A stretch of 42,982 nucleotides of DNA, taken from the NCBI GenBank assembly GCA_016869195.1, contig VGET01000004.1, forward strand, positions 1 to 42,982, given 5' to 3'. The position numbers and the translations under genes are program-made. The notes under the pieces are model-generated. The model was not told the origin of the DNA and searched no databases. It saw only the letters and a program-made list of their open reading frames with translations. Origin of the DNA: Alphaproteobacteria bacterium. GTDB lineage: Bacteria > Pseudomonadota > Alphaproteobacteria > UBA828. This document shows positions 39,514 to 42,982 of the stretch, piece by piece (the stretch's first letter is position 1; each line of letters begins with the position of its first letter).

Positions 39514-40368
39514 TCATTTCTCGACGGGCGTATCATCGCGCCCGCCCCATTCGGTCCACGACCCGTCAAAGACCGCGACCTGCCTGTAACCGGCGAGGTC
39601 GAGCGCAATCGCAGCGACGCAGGCGGCGATGCCCGAGCCGCAGCTCGTGACCACCGGCCGTGCCGGGTCAAGCCCCGCACTCCTGAAGATCGCGACCAGA
39701 CGTTCAGCCGGCAGAAACGTCTTGTCCTTGGGGTCGAGCACAGCCGGCAGCGGCAGGTTCAGGCTCCCCGGCATGTGACCGCCGCGCAGGCCCGGCCGCG
39801 GCTCGGGCTCGGTGCCGGCGAAGCGCCCGGCCGAGCGCACATCCAGCACCTGCTCGGTGCCGCGCTGGGTGATCACCCGCATCTGGTCAAGCAGCCGCAC
39901 GCGCCCGCCATCTGGCGGCGAAGCGATGTAGGGCGCACGTATCGGTGTCACGCGACCGGGCTCGACCTTCCGGCCCTCGGCACGCCATTTGGGCAGGCCG
40001 CCATCGAGCACCGCGACCCTCTCATGGCCGAACACCCTGAAGGTCCACCACGCGCGCGCGGCGCCAAGCTGGCCCGCGCCGTCATAGGCGATCACGCGAT
40101 CATCCCGCCGAATGCCGAGCGCGCCGACCGCCGCGCCGAACTCCGCCGCGCTCGGCAGCATGTGCGGCAAGCTGGTCGCGTGATCGGCGATCGCATCGAT
40201 ATCGAAAAAGACGGCCCCCGGCAGGTGCGCCTCGAGATGCTCCTTCAGCGGATCGCGCTTCTCGGTCGGCAGATACCAGGAGGCATCGATGATCTTGAGA
40301 TCGCGCGCGCCGAGCTGGCCGGCGAGCCACGCGGTATCGACCACGGGGCCGAACGGTTCGCCCGTCAT
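39514..40368 (-). CDS. sseA: 3-mercaptopyruvate sulfurtransferase (tandem rhodanese)
   Basis: DASWYLP, LPHMLP, ARAWW, EPRPGLRGGHMPG, active-site CGSGIAA, FDGSWTEWG. Confidence 0.94.
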   Translation of the reverse strand: MTGEPFGPVVDTAWLAGQLGARDLKIIDASWYLPTEKRDPLKEHLEAHLPGAVFFDIDAIADHATSLPHMLPSAAEFGAAVGALGIRRDDRVIAYDGAGQLGAARAWWTFRVFGHERVAVLDGGLPKWRAEGRKVEPGRVTPIRAPYIASPPDGGRVRLLDQMRVITQRGTEQVLDVRSAGRFAGTEPEPRPGLRGGHMPGSLNLPLPAVLDPKDKTFLPAERLVAIFRSAGLDPARPVVTSCGSGIAACVAAIALDLAGYRQVAVFDGSWTEWGGRDDTPVEK

Positions 40369-42437
40369 GGCGCGAGCAGATAGTTGTGCAGCGCCGTCAC
40401 CTCGGCACGCATCTTGGGATAGACGACGATGGTTGTGGTTGGCTCCTCTATGATCGCGGGGCCCTCGATCCGCGCGCCGACACCGAGCGAGGCGCCGAGA
40501 AAAATGGGCGTGTCGACCCGCCCGAGCCCGCTGAAATAGGCGTTGCTGTGCCGGTCCGGCTTCGGCGCGTGGCGCGCGCCCGTGGCCGCGGCAACGAGCT
40601 TCGGCTTATCGAGGTGCGCGGTCAGGCGCCCCTTCCAGTTCATGCATTCGAGGTGCGAGGCCGGGTCCTTCACGGCGTAGAGCCGCTCATGGATCTCGTT
40701 GAAGCTGTTGCGCAGGGTCGTGACATCAGCCTCACCATTGAAGCGGCGCATGGGCAGCGGAATTTCCATCTCCCATTGTTGCGCGAGATAGCGCGCCTCG
40801 ACGAAATATTCGCGTGTGAACGACGCGATGCCGCGCGCGCGCAGCTCCCGCTCGAAGCCGTCGAGCCGCTGATCGATGCCGTCGAGCACGCCATTGGCGG
40901 CGGCGAAATCGAAGAAACCGGTATGCGCGTAGCGCGACTGGCTGAACTCACCGACGATATCCGAGAACTGCGCGCCGCAGGCCGAGAGCGCGCCCGCGGT
41001 GCGCGGCAATAGCACGCGATCGCAGCCGAGCGCGCTTGCGATCAGCATGATGTTGAGCCCCGCCGCGCCGCCGCCCGCGACCAAGAGGCTCTCGCGCGGG
41101 TTGACGCCGTCATTCACCGTGATGTCCTGGATCGCGGCAATCATGGTTTCGCTCGACAGCGTGATGATCGCGGCGGCAGCCTCATCCAGCGACTTTCCGA
41201 TCCGGCTCGCGACGCGCTCGACCGCGCGCGCGGCCGCTTCCCGATCCAGCGCCATGCGCCCACCGAGGAAGTGCCGGGGGTCGATATGGCCGAGCACGAC
41301 GGCCGCATCGGTGACGGTCGGCTCCGTGCCGCCGCGGCCATAGCAGGCGGGGCCGGGCTCAGAGCCCGCGCTCTGCGGGCCGACGCGGAGGAGCCCGCCG
41401 GCATCGAGCCAAGCGATCGAGCCGCCGCCGGCACCGACGCTCCTGACATCGACCGAGGCCATGCCGAGATTATGGCCGGTGTACATGGGGCCGAGCCAGG
41501 TCTCGCGCGTGTATTTCACGAGCCCGCCGCGCACGAGGCTCACGTCGAATGTGGTGCCGCCGGAATCGACCACGATGACATCGCGGCCGAGGCCCTCGGC
41601 CTCCGCATAGGAGACTCCGGCGCGCGGCGCCATGGCCGGTCCCGACTTCACCATGTAGATCGGGCGCAGGATCACGTCATCGACGTGCATCACGCCGCCG
41701 CCCGAACTCGAGATCAGAAGCTCGCCCTTGAAGCCGGCACCGGCGAGATCATCGCGCAGCCCCCGCAGATGCTCCTGCATCAGGGGCTTCAGCGAGGCAT
41801 CGATCGCGGTCGAGGACGCGCGCGGATATTCGCGAATGATCGGGTTCAGCTGGTGCGAGAGCGTGTAGGGCACGCCCGGCAGGATCCGCTCGATCATCGC
41901 CCCGACCTTCATCTCATGCGCCGGGTTGGCGATCGACCAGAGGAGACACACCGCAAGCGCCTCGACGCGCTTCTTCTTGAGCGCCTCGAGCTTGGACGCA
42001 AGGTCCGCTCTATCGAGCGGCGTCACGATGCCACCTTCGGAATCGATGCGCTCGATCACCTGGGCGGTCAGGCGGCGCGGCACATAGGGTGGCGGCATCT
42101 CGATATCGAGCTGCATCGCGTTCAGCTTGCCACCCTGGCGATAGACCAGAATGTCGGGAAAGCCAGCGGTGACCAGGAAGCCGGTTTTCGCGACTTTGCT
42201 CTGCACGATCGCGTTGGTGGCGCGTGTGGTGCCGTAGATCAACACGTCGGCGCCGGCGATCAGCGCGTCATAGGCGATGTCCATATTGCGCGCGGCATCC
42301 TTCAGCGCCTCGGAGAGCCCGCCAAAGCTGCGCCCCGGCGTGGTCAACGCCTTGCCGAGCGTGAGCTGGCCGGCATGATCCGCCACCACCACATCGGTGA
42401 ACGTGCCGCCCGTATCAACCGCGATCCGATAGACCAT
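40365..42437 (-). CDS. Hydantoinase A / oxoprolinase family ATP-dependent subunit
   Basis: IAVDTGGTFTD, GTTRATNA, SGPA, DSGGTTFDV, GAGGGS, GPQSAGSEPGPACY, PTVTDA; ATG 42437 with GAGGAG RBS. Confidence 0.93.
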   Translation of the reverse strand: MVYRIAVDTGGTFTDVVVADHAGQLTLGKALTTPGRSFGGLSEALKDAARNMDIAYDALIAGADVLIYGTTRATNAIVQSKVAKTGFLVTAGFPDILVYRQGGKLNAMQLDIEMPPPYVPRRLTAQVIERIDSEGGIVTPLDRADLASKLEALKKKRVEALAVCLLWSIANPAHEMKVGAMIERILPGVPYTLSHQLNPIIREYPRASSTAIDASLKPLMQEHLRGLRDDLAGAGFKGELLISSSGGGVMHVDDVILRPIYMVKSGPAMAPRAGVSYAEAEGLGRDVIVVDSGGTTFDVSLVRGGLVKYTRETWLGPMYTGHNLGMASVDVRSVGAGGGSIAWLDAGGLLRVGPQSAGSEPGPACYGRGGTEPTVTDAAVVLGHIDPRHFLGGRMALDREAAARAVERVASRIGKSLDEAAAAIITLSSETMIAAIQDITVNDGVNPRESLLVAGGGAAGLNIMLIASALGCDRVLLPRTAGALSACGAQFSDIVGEFSQSRYAHTGFFDFAAANGVLDGIDQRLDGFERELRARGIASFTREYFVEARYLAQQWEMEIPLPMRRFNGEADVTTLRNSFNEIHERLYAVKDPASHLECMNWKGRLTAHLDKPKLVAAATGARHAPKPDRHSNAYFSGLGRVDTPIFLGASLGVGARIEGPAIIEEPTTTIVVYPKMRAEVTALHNYLLAP

Positions 42438-42444
42438 CGTCTCC

Positions 42445-42981
42445 TCACCCCGACCGCGGCCGCTCGCCATAGAGAAGCGTGAGATTGAGGCGGCGGTCCG
42501 CATACGACGGGCGAAAGTCGTATGGAAGGGTTTCGTGAATCAAGCGGGAATCGAAGATCACGGCGCGATTGCGACGATAGGGTACGTCGATCGGCGGGCG
42601 GGCAGCCGCTCTGGCGAGCGCCATCAGCCGCTCGGGCCCGCGATTATAGTCATCGAAGCCCCAATCGGCCGGCACCGGCACGGGGTAGAGCCGAAGGCCG
42701 CCCGAGGTTCCTGGGGTTCGCGCGTCATCGGGCGTGAGCCAGAGATTGATGTTCACCGTGGCGTCATCCGCGTGTGGGCGCGTGCCGGTACCGCCCGGCT
42801 GATATTTGAAGGCCCAGAGTTGCGCCAGTGGATGGGGCCCGAGCAGCGCCGGCAACGCAGACCGAAGTTCCTTTGCGAAGCGCACCAGCACCGGTGCGTC
42901 GAAGCCGTCGTGCAAATAGGCGCCGAGATAGCCGCCGGCCTCCTTGCAGTCGAACCAGATTGTGGCCTCGAGGCAGAAACG
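42445..42981 (-). CDS. Partial (5'-truncated by window) putative 2OG-Fe(II) oxygenase-like protein
   Basis: Frame open to the window edge; HAD (HxD), NINLWL, GGL, VIFDSRLIHET distal His, RxNLT. Confidence 0.65.
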   Translation of the reverse strand, partial: RFCLEATIWFDCKEAGGYLGAYLHDGFDAPVLVRFAKELRSALPALLGPHPLAQLWAFKYQPGGTGTRPHADDATVNINLWLTPDDARTPGTSGGLRLYPVPVPADWGFDDYNRGPERLMALARAAARPPIDVPYRRNRAVIFDSRLIHETLPYDFRPSYADRRLNLTLLYGERPRSG

Positions 42982-42982
42982 G

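Overview
High-GC, gene-dense core chromosome segment of an alphaproteobacterium (gene content and order look Rhodospirillales-like; this is inference). It carries secA, accA, xerD, aroK-aroB-corC, bolA/J-domain/cobS/cobT, rpsU/def/COQ9, purK-purE, ubiX, hldE, a CoA-transferase, prpE, trcR (DUF1013), a quinone oxidoreductase, DUF1192, rcdA (DUF1465), sseA and a hydantoinase A subunit, with accessory genes and six palindromic REP-like elements in between. I found no CRISPR array, rRNA, tRNA, transposase or prophage. Most notable observations: (1) an OprI/Lpp-like alanine-zipper lipoprotein ending in Lys, convergent with an ErfK/YcfS-type L,D-transpeptidase, i.e. a gammaproteobacterial-style outer membrane-peptidoglycan tether cassette between DUF1192 and rcdA; (2) two tandem Cle-like receiver proteins, one with an intact and one with a broken c-di-GMP motif; (3) a candidate anti-Shine-Dalgarno sRNA behind a CtrA-like box; (4) a five-fold GACACA/TGTGTC array before an orphan secreted protein; (5) a GGDEF protein with a GGNEF active site and intact RxxD I-site; (6) three apparent single-base deletions that are probably assembly errors. 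All family assignments come from motif recognition; no database search was run.
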